DNA of 64,000 nucleotides from positions 3,808,001 through 3,872,000 of the forward strand of contig OZ243961.1 in NCBI GenBank assembly GCA_965214605.1, written 5' to 3'. Position 1 is the stretch's first letter; each line of letters begins with the position of its first letter. The translations under genes were made by a program, and so were the position numbers. The stretch comes from an uncultured Candidatus Binatia bacterium (GTDB lineage: Bacteria; Desulfobacterota; Binatia; Bin18). Positions 40,264 through 49,731 of this stretch are shown here, piece after piece. The notes beneath the pieces are model-generated. The model did no database searches. It was not told the origin of the DNA and saw only the letters and a list, made by a program, of their open reading frames with translations.

Positions 40264-41820
40264 TTAGCCTCCGTACCCGGCGCGGAGTTCCTTTTTCAGG
40301 ATCTTGCCCATATGGTTTTTGGGCAATTCGTCCATGAAGTGGATATCTTCGGGTTTCTTAAAGCTCGACAGCCGTTCGCGGCAGAACTCTCCTAACTCGT
40401 CTTCGGTCACTGTTTGGCCCGAACGAACCGCGACAAAGGCGGCAATCTTTTGCCCCCACTGTTCGTCAGGTACCCCGATAATGGCTGCTTCATCAACCGC
40501 GGGATGGGCGTGCAACACGGCTTCGATTTCGGCCGGAGCTATATTTTCGCCGCCCCGAATAATGATGTCGTCTTTGCGACCGACCAGGTAAATATAGCCG
40601 TCCTGATCAAGATAGCCCATGTCTCGGGTATGGAGCCACCCCTCATTATCGAACAGCGCCGCGGTTGCACTCTCCTGGCCGGCGTAGCCTTTCATGGCGC
40701 GCGGGGTACGAATCACGACCTCACCGATCTCGTCGGCTGGCAGTGGTTTGTTGTCGTCGTCAAGGATGGCGACCTCGACGTCGGGCAGCGGTTTGCCAAC
40801 AGAGGTGAGCCGCTTGAGGTTGCGCTCGATTTCTTCCTGACTGCCGTTAAGCTTATGGTCCTCTGGGCCAAGCACCGATAGGGTCGAGTTCGTCTCGGTC
40901 TGGCCGAAGGCATTGACAAAGCCGGTGCTATCGGGAAACAGCTCGATCGCCTTGCGAATGACCGGAAAGGGCATGGGCGCGCCCCCGTAGGACAGGTTTT
41001 CAAGGCTCGACAGATCGTAGTTGGAAAATTCCGGATGATCGATCAGCTGTTTCATCATGGTCGGCACAACAAAGGCGTGAGTGGCTTTTTCGTTTTGTAC
41101 CGCAGCGAGCCACTCTTGGGCATCAAACTGACGCAAAATGACGATTTTACGGCCGGACCACATGGCGGTCATGATATTCATCGTGCCCGCGATATGATAC
41201 AGCGGGGCGCACAGCAGCGAGGTGCCGCGTGGGGTGCCGTCGGCCATTTCGACCGTTCCGACAACATAGTTGGTAAAACCACCGTAGGTCAGCATCACGC
41301 CCTTTGGCAGCGAGGTGGTTCCGCTGGTGTACATTAGAATCGACAGGTCTTCTTCGTCCACTTCGGCGTCTTCAATCTCGGGCGAGCCCGTGGCAATCAG
41401 GTCCTCGTGGAGGTGCATGCCGGGTTGACCGCTCTCCATTGCCACGTAGTGCTGAATCATCGGAAACTTTGGTTTCAGCTGCTGAAGCAGGGGCAGATAG
41501 CGATCACCGATAAACAAAACTTTCACATCTGCGGCGGTGATCATATGCTCTAGTTCGGGCGGTTTGGCCCGGTAGTTGAGCGGGACAAAGGTCGCGCCTA
41601 GGGTCGCGGTCGCGTAATACGCTTCAATGTACTGATTGGAGTTGGTCTGGAGGGCGGCGACTCGGTCGCCGGGGCCCACGCCAAACTCTTGCAGACTACT
41701 GGCCAGCCGGCGAACACGCTCAAGCGTTTCGCCGTAGGTCTGTCGTTTGTCCTCAAAAACGAGGATTTCCTGATCGGCCAGCATCATACCGGGAAGACTG
41801 AGAAAATTCGCAGTGTTCAT
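40264..41820 (-). CDS. AMP-dependent acyl-adenylate ligase (acyl-CoA synthetase family)
   Basis: YTSGTTSLPKGV, PLYHIAG, YGGAPMP, FGQTE, WLHT.D.G, GR.DD.I.RGGENI.P.EIE, GKILK. Confidence 0.93.
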   Translation of the reverse strand: MNTANFLSLPGMMLADQEILVFEDKRQTYGETLERVRRLASSLQEFGVGPGDRVAALQTNSNQYIEAYYATATLGATFVPLNYRAKPPELEHMITAADVKVLFIGDRYLPLLQQLKPKFPMIQHYVAMESGQPGMHLHEDLIATGSPEIEDAEVDEEDLSILMYTSGTTSLPKGVMLTYGGFTNYVVGTVEMADGTPRGTSLLCAPLYHIAGTMNIMTAMWSGRKIVILRQFDAQEWLAAVQNEKATHAFVVPTMMKQLIDHPEFSNYDLSSLENLSYGGAPMPFPVIRKAIELFPDSTGFVNAFGQTETNSTLSVLGPEDHKLNGSQEEIERNLKRLTSVGKPLPDVEVAILDDDNKPLPADEIGEVVIRTPRAMKGYAGQESATAALFDNEGWLHTRDMGYLDQDGYIYLVGRKDDIIIRGGENIAPAEIEAVLHAHPAVDEAAIIGVPDEQWGQKIAAFVAVRSGQTVTEDELGEFCRERLSSFKKPEDIHFMDELPKNHMGKILKKELRAGYGG

Positions 41821-41911
41821 AGTTACTCCTCTTGCATAGTAACGGTACAGCCGTTTCAGCTATCAGCCTTGAACCAAGATGACAAGATACGGTGCTGCTG
41901 CGACGCACACG

Positions 41912-42613
41912 CTAGAGGCGGGAAAACAGGCGCTGTTCCAGTCTGAGACCCTCGCCTAAGGGGAGATCTAGGCTCTGTCGAACCGCGCGCTTGGCCAGGG
42001 ATACGAGCTGCGGGTCGTGTTGGGCCAGGCTGGTGGCTAGCGTTTTTGCCGCTGCTAACAGGTCCCCGCGCGGCACGACTCGGTTGGTCAGGCCGATCTG
42101 AAGCGCCTGATCGGCGCTCACCCGCTTGCCCGTCAGAACCATATCAAGAGCACGTCCAAGGCCGATTGCCCGGGGCGCGGTCTGCGTACCGGCAACGCCT
42201 GGAATCATCCCCAGCCCGGTTTCCGGCAAAAAGAAAACCGTGTCGTCAGCGGCAATACACAGGTCACACAACAGGGCCATTTCCATGCCACCGCCCACGG
42301 TAAAGCCGTGCACCGCTGCAATCGTTGGCTGGGGGAGGCGAAGCAGCGTGCCCCACACGTCGCGTTGCCAGCGTATGGCACGCGCCCCGATCGGAGAGGG
42401 GGCCGAGCCAAACTCCGATACATCCCCGCCGGTTGAAAAGGCTGGGCCCTCACCACGCAGAATCATCACCCGCACCTCAGGGTCCTCACCGACAGCTTGG
42501 AGTACCTCGTACAGACCGTCGCGCATTTCCACGTTGTAGGCGTTGAACACCGTGGGGCGGTTTAACGACACAATGGCCAGACTGTCTTCTTTTTGGTAGA
42601 TGACGGCCGCCAT
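41912..42613 (-). CDS. Enoyl-CoA hydratase/isomerase family protein (C-terminally short)
   Basis: LNRP...NA, AFSTGGD, GGGMEMAL.CD, LPE..LG.IPG..GTQ. Confidence 0.9.
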   Translation of the reverse strand: MAAVIYQKEDSLAIVSLNRPTVFNAYNVEMRDGLYEVLQAVGEDPEVRVMILRGEGPAFSTGGDVSEFGSAPSPIGARAIRWQRDVWGTLLRLPQPTIAAVHGFTVGGGMEMALLCDLCIAADDTVFFLPETGLGMIPGVAGTQTAPRAIGLGRALDMVLTGKRVSADQALQIGLTNRVVPRGDLLAAAKTLATSLAQHDPQLVSLAKRAVRQSLDLPLGEGLRLEQRLFSRL

Positions 42614-42655
42614 ACCTAGTCAGTAACGGGTCGGGAGTGTTGAGTAAAGAGTCAT

Positions 42656-44206
42656 CTACGTCCCCTGCCATACGACTTTGCCACCGACAAGTGTTGTCGT
42701 CACCGATAACGAACCGATGGCGGACTCGGGAAGTGCGGTCATATCACCGCTAAGGATTACCAAGTCTGCCAGCATTCCCGGAACGATTCTGCCCTTCTTC
42801 TCTTCTTCAAAGCCTACCCAGGCGGCCGCGCTCGTGAAAAGACCCAGGGCTTGGGCCAGGCTCACCCGCTCCGCCGCATTCACTTCCCGGCCGCCCTCAG
42901 ACTGTCTAGTGCAGGCCACAGCTATGCTTGCCAGCGGTGCCAGCGGTCCAATAGGACAGTCTGAGCTGCCCGCCACCGGGATGTGGTGATCGATCAAGCT
43001 GCTCGTCCTATACAGCCAGGAGTGGACTTCGGGAGCAACCTCGGCCGTGTATCTTTCTCCATACCAACGCACAAATGCGGGCTGAGTGACAACCGCGCAG
43101 CCGCTTGCTTTCAGCTGCTCAAGAAACGGTGGGGGACACAGCGAACAGTGTTCGATCCGGTGTCGGTGATCTGACCGCCACAGACGGTGCTGCGCCTGTT
43201 CAACTGCATCAAGAGCCAGGCCGATCGTCGCTTCCTCGACGGCGTGGAAGGCCAGCTGAAAGCCATGTTGATGGGCACGCCAGACCATTTCTCTGAGCGT
43301 CTGTGGCTGTGGATGGAGCGCCCCCCGGCTCTCGTGCAGCATAATTTTGATACTGCCCAGGCGGACCTGATCGTCCCCGCTAAAAGGCCTCAGCCGCGCT
43401 TCGAGGAGCTGCTCCAAGGCGTCAATGCCGATCATGACCGTGGCCCGCGAAGTCAGCAAGCCGTCTGTGGTTAGCTGTTGAAAGACAGATACATCCTCAA
43501 GAGTATTGCCCGCGCTAGCATCGTGGAATGAGGTCACGCCTAGGCGCAGTAACTCTTGCCCAGCTCGTTTTATGCCGGCCCGAAAGTCGGCCGCAGGCAG
43601 GCGAGGAATAACGGTCCGCAGAAAGGGTTCAAGCTCGTACACCACGCCTGTTGGTCGGCCGCTGGGGTCACGTTCGGCGTGTCCTCCGTGGCGGTCGCTA
43701 AAGGAGGGGCCGATTCCGGCTTGGTTGAGGCCTACGCTGTTGAGCACGGCGGCATGGCCGGACCGATGGCGGATCACAACCGGTCTCTCACGACACACCG
43801 CGTCAAGATCGTACCGGGTTGGATGGCGTTTTTCGGTTAGCAGAAATTCGTCGTACCCGTAGCCACGCAGCCATCCTCCGGGTTGGAGTCCGGGCAAACC
43901 AAGCGCCAGAGTGCGGCGCAGTTCGGCAAAAGACCGAACTTGGCTGAGATCCGCACCACAAAACCGGCTTGCCCAAGAGAAGAGGTGTAGATGCGGATCA
44001 ATGAAGCCGGGCAGGACGGTCTGCCCATGACAGTCCAGCAGTCGGGTTTGCCGCGAAATATAGGGCCGCAGCTCGGCCGCTCTCCCAACCGCTACGACTC
44101 GATCTCCTGCGATGGCGAGGGCTTCAGCGGTTGGGCGGTTTGGATCTTGGCTGAGAATCCTTCCTCCATACACCACAAGGTCGGCTGGAGAGGCGGGCAA
44201 AGACAT
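42656..44206 (-). CDS. YtcJ-like amidohydrolase (amidohydrolase_3)
   Basis: PGFIDPHLH, HP.R..LD, SGH....NS, HA(V), HRIEH, QP.F, GSSDCP, G.I.PG.LAD.V.L. Likely ATG start at 44206. Confidence 0.9.
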   Translation of the reverse strand: MSLPASPADLVVYGGRILSQDPNRPTAEALAIAGDRVVAVGRAAELRPYISRQTRLLDCHGQTVLPGFIDPHLHLFSWASRFCGADLSQVRSFAELRRTLALGLPGLQPGGWLRGYGYDEFLLTEKRHPTRYDLDAVCRERPVVIRHRSGHAAVLNSVGLNQAGIGPSFSDRHGGHAERDPSGRPTGVVYELEPFLRTVIPRLPAADFRAGIKRAGQELLRLGVTSFHDASAGNTLEDVSVFQQLTTDGLLTSRATVMIGIDALEQLLEARLRPFSGDDQVRLGSIKIMLHESRGALHPQPQTLREMVWRAHQHGFQLAFHAVEEATIGLALDAVEQAQHRLWRSDHRHRIEHCSLCPPPFLEQLKASGCAVVTQPAFVRWYGERYTAEVAPEVHSWLYRTSSLIDHHIPVAGSSDCPIGPLAPLASIAVACTRQSEGGREVNAAERVSLAQALGLFTSAAAWVGFEEEKKGRIVPGMLADLVILSGDMTALPESAIGSLSVTTTLVGGKVVWQGT

Positions 44207-44218
44207 GGAGTCTGAGAG

Positions 44219-44250
44219 CAAAAAGGGCGATGCTACGCATCGCCCTTTTG
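44219..44250. terminator. Perfect hairpin flanked by A and T tracts, downstream of the small KPLPSSD gene
   Basis: AAAAGGGCGATGC-TAC-GCATCGCCCTTTT. Confidence 0.85.
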
Positions 44251-44276
44251 AGCTGATAATGAGGCGCAGTGCACTC

Positions 44277-44417
44277 TTAGTCCGATGACGGCAGAGGTTT
44301 TGCCTCTTTGAGCGGCATATCTGTATTGCAACAGTTCAGAGTGCCGTCACCAGGTTTATTGCACAGGACCTCAGTACCACAGGTTTCACACATATAGCGT
44401 TTTCCAAGCTGAGCCAT
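44277..44417 (-). CDS. 46 aa desulforedoxin-like CxxC...CC protein with C-terminal KPLPSSD tail (not in ORF track)
   Basis: AGGAGG RBS. MAQLGKRYICETCGTEVLCNKPGDGTLNCCNTDMPLKEAKPLPSSD*. Confidence 0.88.
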   Translation of the reverse strand: MAQLGKRYMCETCGTEVLCNKPGDGTLNCCNTDMPLKEAKPLPSSD

Positions 44418-44450
44418 GTTACCCTCCTCGCGTATATGATGCTTGCCTTC

Positions 44451-45533
44451 TCACTCCCGAAAGAATGGGAGAACACCCACCTCCGCTATCACGGACGTCC
44501 CGTTTCTGTCAATCCGCAGCTGGGTGCCCGGCTCAAGATGCTCGCGGCGGACATAGCCCAGGGCAATTGGGCAGCCCAAACGGGGAGACATGACGGCACT
44601 CGTGATCCAGCCGACCTCCTTGGTGTCGGAGAACAGCTTATCTCCGCTCTGGGGCGTTATCGTCCCCTGAACCAACAGGCCGCTCAGTTTCCGATTCACC
44701 CGTCCACGAGCCGAAGCCCGTTCAACCACCTCCTGGCCAAGATAACAGCCTTTCTTGAAGCTGATCGCGTGGTCGAGGCCGACTTCCAGAACGATGCGGT
44801 CTTCATCCATGTCAAGACCGTACCACGGAATTCCGGCCTCAATCCGTAGGGTGTTGAGCGTACTTAAACCGACCGGGCGCGCCCCGAGCGGCTGTCCGGC
44901 CTCCACCAGGGCCTGCCACACGGCCTCAGCCCGCGGCAGTGGAACCAGGAGTTCGTAGCCGTCCAGGCCCGTATCAGGCGTCCGAACGATACGGACGGTC
45001 GTCTCGCCCAGCCATGCTTCCACGTGTTGGCAGGCGTCGGTCAGATTGAGCGACACTCCGGCTGCGGCCAACAGACGTGAGGCCAATGGCCCCAGGACAG
45101 CAAGCGTGCTCTGGTGTTGGCTGAGGTCCTCCAGCTCTACGTCATCGGCGATGATGAAGCGCTCTAGCGCGCTGACCGTCTTGTCTTTGATACGGGCGTC
45201 AAGGTCGAGCATGAAGCTGTCTTCGAGCGCGTACACCCGCAGGTCGGCAACAATCCGACCTTGGGCTGTCAACAGGGTTGCCGGGCAGCCCTGGCCGGGC
45301 TGCAAGGACCCGACATCGTTCGATACCATGCCCTGTAGAAATGAGACGCGATCTTCTCCGCTCATATCGACCTGGACCCGGAAGGATACATCGACGATCC
45401 CGGCCGTGTCGCGGACGGCCCGGTACTCCCGGCTAACATCCGTAAAGCGCTCTGGCAGGACAATCCCCCGATTATCGGACAGCACCGCCCCGTGGGCGGT
45501 GTGCCATGCCGCTAGTGGTGATTGCATACACAC
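44451..45533 (-). CDS. ygfZ: YgfZ/GcvT-like folate-binding Fe-S cluster-modifying protein
   Basis: G.DR..FLQG..SNDV, LRIEAG.P.YG.D, KGCYLGQEVV.R. Confidence 0.85.
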   Translation of the reverse strand: MCMQSPLAAWHTAHGAVLSDNRGIVLPERFTDVSREYRAVRDTAGIVDVSFRVQVDMSGEDRVSFLQGMVSNDVGSLQPGQGCPATLLTAQGRIVADLRVYALEDSFMLDLDARIKDKTVSALERFIIADDVELEDLSQHQSTLAVLGPLASRLLAAAGVSLNLTDACQHVEAWLGETTVRIVRTPDTGLDGYELLVPLPRAEAVWQALVEAGQPLGARPVGLSTLNTLRIEAGIPWYGLDMDEDRIVLEVGLDHAISFKKGCYLGQEVVERASARGRVNRKLSGLLVQGTITPQSGDKLFSDTKEVGWITSAVMSPRLGCPIALGYVRREHLEPGTQLRIDRNGTSVIAEVGVLPFFRE

Positions 45534-45544
45534 CTCTGTTAACG

Positions 45545-46627
45545 CTAGGAGGGGGCGGCGTTCATGCGGCGCAATGCCCGCACCGCCCGGATGCGCTCCT
45601 GGGCCAAGGTGACCGCCAAACGATGGGGGCGCATGTTGCGTTGCTTAGCCTCAGCAAACAGCGTCTTCAGCGTCGTATAAATTGTTTCGGTTTTGGCCTG
45701 GGCCCGCTCACGACGGTAGCCACCGGGGCCAAGCTCATCGGCAACATTGATCAGGCCGCCGGCGTTAATGGCAAAATCGGGCGCGTAGAGAATGCCCCGG
45801 TCGTACAGCGCATCGCCGTCCTCATCGCTCACGAGCTGGTTGTTGGCTCCACCGCCAATAATCCGGCAGCGCAGGTGGGGAATGGTCTGGCTGTGAAACA
45901 GTTCGCCCGCGGCGCACGGGGCCAAGATATCACACTCTTGTGTGTAAATGTCCTGGGGGCTGACCACCTGAGCCTGGAATTCTGCCGCAGCTTGCCGCGT
46001 GCGGCTTTCGTCTACATCGGCCACAATGAGCCGTGCCCCAGCTTCGTGCACATAGCGGGCCAGCGGATAGCCAACCTTTCCCAGCCCAGGCACGGCCACT
46101 GTCTTGCCATGGAAGTCGGCCGCGCCATCCATCTCTTCCAGACAGGCCCGCTGTCCACAAAAAATACCCCAGGCCGTCATCTGAGATGGGTCACCGCCGC
46201 CGCCAAAGACTTCTTCCCGTCCGACACCAAAGCGGCTCTCTTTGCGCACCCGTTCGATATCCGCCGTTGAGGTCCCCATGTCTTCGGTTGGAATATAATG
46301 CCCGGCCAGCGATTCAATCGATCGACCCAGGGCGCGGAACAGCATCTCCCGCTGCGCGGCGGCGTGATCACCAATCACCACGGCCTTGCCACCGCCGTAA
46401 TCCAGCCCTGCCAGTGCGGCCTTATACGTCATTGCCTGAGCTAGACGCAGAGCGTCGCTGACCGCCTCGCCCTCAGTCGCATAGGCCCGCATACGGATAC
46501 CGCCCAGCGCCGGTCCCAGGGTTGTGTCGTGGATAGCGATGACCGCCTTCAGCCCGGCTGAGCGGTCAGCACAGAAGACCACCTGTTCGTAGTCTTCTGC
46601 GTGCATGGTGTCAAACAGCGCAGTCAT
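45545..46627 (-). CDS. Leu/Phe/Val dehydrogenase
   Basis: IAIHDTTLGPALGG.R, MTYK.A.AGL..GGGKAV, EDMGT, GDPS..TA.G, GLGKVG, ANNQL, YAPD...NAGG. Confidence 0.92.
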   Translation of the reverse strand: MTALFDTMHAEDYEQVVFCADRSAGLKAVIAIHDTTLGPALGGIRMRAYATEGEAVSDALRLAQAMTYKAALAGLDYGGGKAVVIGDHAAAQREMLFRALGRSIESLAGHYIPTEDMGTSTADIERVRKESRFGVGREEVFGGGGDPSQMTAWGIFCGQRACLEEMDGAADFHGKTVAVPGLGKVGYPLARYVHEAGARLIVADVDESRTRQAAAEFQAQVVSPQDIYTQECDILAPCAAGELFHSQTIPHLRCRIIGGGANNQLVSDEDGDALYDRGILYAPDFAINAGGLINVADELGPGGYRRERAQAKTETIYTTLKTLFAEAKQRNMRPHRLAVTLAQERIRAVRALRRMNAAPS

Positions 46628-46644
46628 GACGGTGTTCGTCCTTG

Positions 46645-46950
46645 CTAAAGCTCAACCAGAATATCGTCGCCGTCGACTTTGACAGTATAGGTGTCCTGTT
46701 TGACGTCCGGGTCGTCAAGGTTCTCGCCGGTCGTCACATCGTATTCCCAGCCGTGCCAGGGGCAGATTATCGTCGAGCCGTCGAGGTCGCCCTCATCGAG
46801 TGGACCGCCCTGGTGGGGGCAGATATTGTCGATCGCGTAATATTGACCGTCAACCTGAAAGAGCGCAATCTGCTTATCCTCAACCTCAACACACCTCCCC
46901 CCGCCGTCTGGGATCTCACTCTTTTGGGCGACTTTGACAAAATCTCCCAT
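46645..46950 (-). CDS. Rieske [2Fe-2S] ferredoxin (NirD/dioxygenase ferredoxin-like)
   Basis: CPHQGGPL.EG ... CPWHGW.YD..TG. Confidence 0.92.
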   Translation of the reverse strand: MGDFVKVAQKSEIPDGGGRCVEVEDKQIALFQVDGQYYAIDNICPHQGGPLDEGDLDGSTIICPWHGWEYDVTTGENLDDPDVKQDTYTVKVDGDDILVEL

Positions 46951-46969
46951 GTTTTCCTCCTCAACATGC

Positions 46970-47010
46970 AAAAAAGCCCCTCTGTCAGATTGGGCAGAGA
47001 CAGAGAGGCC
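46970..47010 (-). terminator. Probable intrinsic terminator after the flavin reductase gene
   Basis: Minus strand GGCCTCTCTGTC...GACAGAGGGGC-TTTTTT. Confidence 0.6.
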
Positions 47011-47035
47011 AAGGAATCTCAGGGGATGGACGGCT

Positions 47036-47536
47036 TTAGCCGCCGTAGAAAACCTTTTCGCCTAGATCGGCCATAACCAGGGTGGCGGCGTCAGCCCGGC
47101 CCTCTGACTGCTTCTGGACAACCGCGTCAACCACCTTGCCGATAAAGATAGAGTGGTCGCCGTTCTCAACGGTCTGTTCCAAAGAGCACTCGACATAGGC
47201 CGGCACGCTCTCTAGCACGGGTGAACCGGTGCTACCGGCTTTGTACGCTTCGCCATTAATCGTGTTGCCGTCCTTCTCGACCGGTTTGAAGAAGGCAAAG
47301 GCCGGACCCTGTTGTCCCTTGCCCAGGATGTTCAGGGCAAAACAGCCGGCTTTTTTCACGATCTCATGCGCCGTTGAGTCACCCTTCACCCCGACCACCA
47401 CTAACGGCGGCTCAAAGGCGGTCTGCGTCACCCAGTTGACGGTTGCCGCAGCAATCTCGCCGTCTTTTTCAGCGGTCAGGACATACAAGCCATACGGAAT
47501 CATGCGTAAGGCGGTTTTTTTGGCGTCTGCATCCAT
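47036..47536 (-). CDS. Flavin reductase family protein
   Basis: ALRMIPYGLYVLT, TVNWVTQ.AFEPP, TG.PVL, GDH..F.G.VV, YGG. Confidence 0.9.
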   Translation of the reverse strand: MDADAKKTALRMIPYGLYVLTAEKDGEIAAATVNWVTQTAFEPPLVVVGVKGDSTAHEIVKKAGCFALNILGKGQQGPAFAFFKPVEKDGNTINGEAYKAGSTGSPVLESVPAYVECSLEQTVENGDHSIFIGKVVDAVVQKQSEGRADAATLVMADLGEKVFYGG

Positions 47537-47607
47537 ACTCGTTCTCCCTCGTACAGTATATCTTGTTCCCGGCCTTGTATCTGGCCTGTCTGTTGCGTGC
47601 AAGGTCC

Positions 47608-48537
47608 TCAGTCTGGCTCCCGTCGCGGAATCTCAAAGATATCCAGCGTCCCCGAACAGCCGGCAGTGTCCTGCCATATTCCGGGGCACTCTTCTTCATA
47701 CAGGCCGCCGTGAAAGACGCCGGCAAAGTGGCCGTCGACTGTCCATTGACCGATGTAGAAACCGTTGTCAGCGCAGACCTCGCCAGAAATCCGGATCCGT
47801 CCATGGGGGCGCGCGCGGGTAGAGGCGTGAAGTTTTCCTTCGCGTATCGTCCCTTGTGTCGTCCCTCTTATGGCACTACAGGTTCTATCATCGAAGTTCC
47901 GATCATGCTCGAATTGAATATACCACCCCTCGCCGTCGAACGCTCCTTGACGGTCCCTTGGACATGGCAAGGGGGGCGGCAGGAGCAGGGGCGTCTCTAT
48001 CGCCGCTACCGGGACTTGCTCAGGCATCAGCTGGCAGACATCCCCAATCTCAACCGTGTCGGTTATCTGCATGCTCTGAGTGTTTTCGTTCCACTCGAGC
48101 CATGTCACATCACCATCCCTTGGAAAGTCCGAGGCCCTCACGCGGGCCCTGGCTCCCTCCAGAAACTCTACTCCGGTTGATGCGACGGTAAACGTGCTTC
48201 TGTCGAACTCCACGCCATTATCGTAGGCGACTGCGGTGTGTTGCCCATCCGCGAGCAGCGACCAGTTCCAGATGGCCAGAAAGCCGTTGTTCACATCCCC
48301 GCACACTCCGTAGGTATCTCCCCGGTCACTCCCATACACCATTCGCTGGGGGGGACCGCCGTCGAATCTGACTGTAATCTCCCCGGTGGCTTCACACTTC
48401 CAGCCAGAAATCACCCCGATACCAGACAAGCCATCTCCGTTACCGGGAATCTCCAGACTGCTTCGGGCTTGGGCGTAAGCCAGAGCCGGGGTCAGGAGAA
48501 TGAGTCCAAGACCTAGACGCAGTAGGAACACGATCAA
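47608..48537 (-). CDS. Secreted hypothetical protein (conserved LEIP..SGIGVISGWKC domain + variable Cys-containing C-terminus)
   Basis: GAGGAG RBS, signal peptide, paralogous N-domain shared with 48572-49555. Confidence 0.75.
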   Translation of the reverse strand: MIVFLLRLGLGLILLTPALAYAQARSSLEIPGNGDGLSGIGVISGWKCEATGEITVRFDGGPPQRMVYGSDRGDTYGVCGDVNNGFLAIWNWSLLADGQHTAVAYDNGVEFDRSTFTVASTGVEFLEGARARVRASDFPRDGDVTWLEWNENTQSMQITDTVEIGDVCQLMPEQVPVAAIETPLLLPPPLPCPRDRQGAFDGEGWYIQFEHDRNFDDRTCSAIRGTTQGTIREGKLHASTRARPHGRIRISGEVCADNGFYIGQWTVDGHFAGVFHGGLYEEECPGIWQDTAGCSGTLDIFEIPRREPD

Positions 48538-48571
48538 ACTCTCCTCACACGCCCGCTTCAAGTGTTGCCTC

Positions 48572-49555
48572 TTATGGGAGGGTACGAATAGTCCAACTCC
48601 CATCGTCATTTCTGCTGCCAGAAGCACCGAGCAGATCTATATCGGAGGCATAACACTGATTCACCAGAGCACTCTCCACACAGCCTTGTCCGTTCGTATC
48701 AACGAAAAAAGTAAAGGAGGTACCAAGTATGGATCCACTGCACGATTCTCCCTGAGCCACAGTGAGGCCAACCGTACAGCTACCGAGATCAACCCGAACC
48801 GGATCCTCGGCGATACTAATCGTCCAGCTTCCATCGGGGTTTTTGATGGCAGTCACGCCGAGCTGCTCGTTCACAGCGTCGGGCAGACTCGTGAAACACC
48901 CATTAATCGACCCGATGTTGAAGGAGGTGGAGATGCACGCCTGGCCGTCCATATCAACGGTAAAAGTGTAACTGCCCCTAGTCCCGCCGATGCTGACGGT
49001 GCCGCTACACTGCTCTTCTGTACCCACCGTCAGCGCTTCTACACACGTCCCGAGGTCGGTAGGCTGTGTCCACATGGTCATCTCTAGATGTTGGGTGCTG
49101 CGGTTCCACTGAAACGTTGTGGTTTCGCCTGGGGCGGGAAAGTCCGGGACGCGGATAGGTTTGTCCGAGGCATTGGTCAGAAACTCCTTGCCGGCCCGCG
49201 TGACCGTGACGGTGTTCTCGGCAAACTCTACGCCGTTGTCGTAAGCTCTGACTGTGTGCTCGCCGTCTGGGAGCGTTGCCCAGTTGAAGTAAGTGACAAA
49301 GCCGTTATCGCCGTCATCTCCACACACCGAGCTGGTGTCTCCGCGGGCAAGTCCGTACAGGGTGGGCAATGGGGCCGCCTCACCGACTTGGACCGTAATG
49401 TCACCCGCAGCCTCACACTTCCAGCCGGAGATGACCCCAATACCCGACAGTTGGTCTCCATTGCTGGGAATCTCAAGCACACTACTAAGTTGAGCGTTAG
49501 CCACAGCAGGAACCAGGATAAGCAGCCCAAGGCACAGACGCAGTAGAAAAGACAT
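48572..49555 (-). CDS. Secreted hypothetical protein (same N-domain + two Cys-containing repeat modules)
   Basis: Signal peptide. LEIPSNGD.LSGIGVISGWKC...R.DT..VCGD..NGF...NW..L.DG.HT..AYDNGVEF, then two DLG.C...LTV....C......F.VD..GQ.C...DGSWTI modules. Confidence 0.75.
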   Translation of the reverse strand: MSFLLRLCLGLLILVPAVANAQLSSVLEIPSNGDQLSGIGVISGWKCEAAGDITVQVGEAAPLPTLYGLARGDTSSVCGDDGDNGFVTYFNWATLPDGEHTVRAYDNGVEFAENTVTVTRAGKEFLTNASDKPIRVPDFPAPGETTTFQWNRSTQHLEMTMWTQPTDLGTCVEALTVGTEEQCSGTVSIGGTRGSYTFTVDMDGQACISTSFNIGSINGCFTSLPDAVNEQLGVTAIKNPDGSWTISIAEDPVRVDLGSCTVGLTVAQGESCSGSILGTSFTFFVDTNGQGCVESALVNQCYASDIDLLGASGSRNDDGSWTIRTLP

Positions 49556-49731
49556 CACGCCCTCCCCATATGTATGGAATCGCCCGCGAGGGTATCGTTT
49601 TCGGGCAGGGGGCGCAAGTCTCAATGCGCCAGGCCGCCATTCGCCTCATCCCGCCCAGAGAAAATTTTTCCGCGTTCGAAGGATTTCACAAATCGACCGC
49701 TGAGCCCTCTCGACGCTCTTGGGTCACTCTT

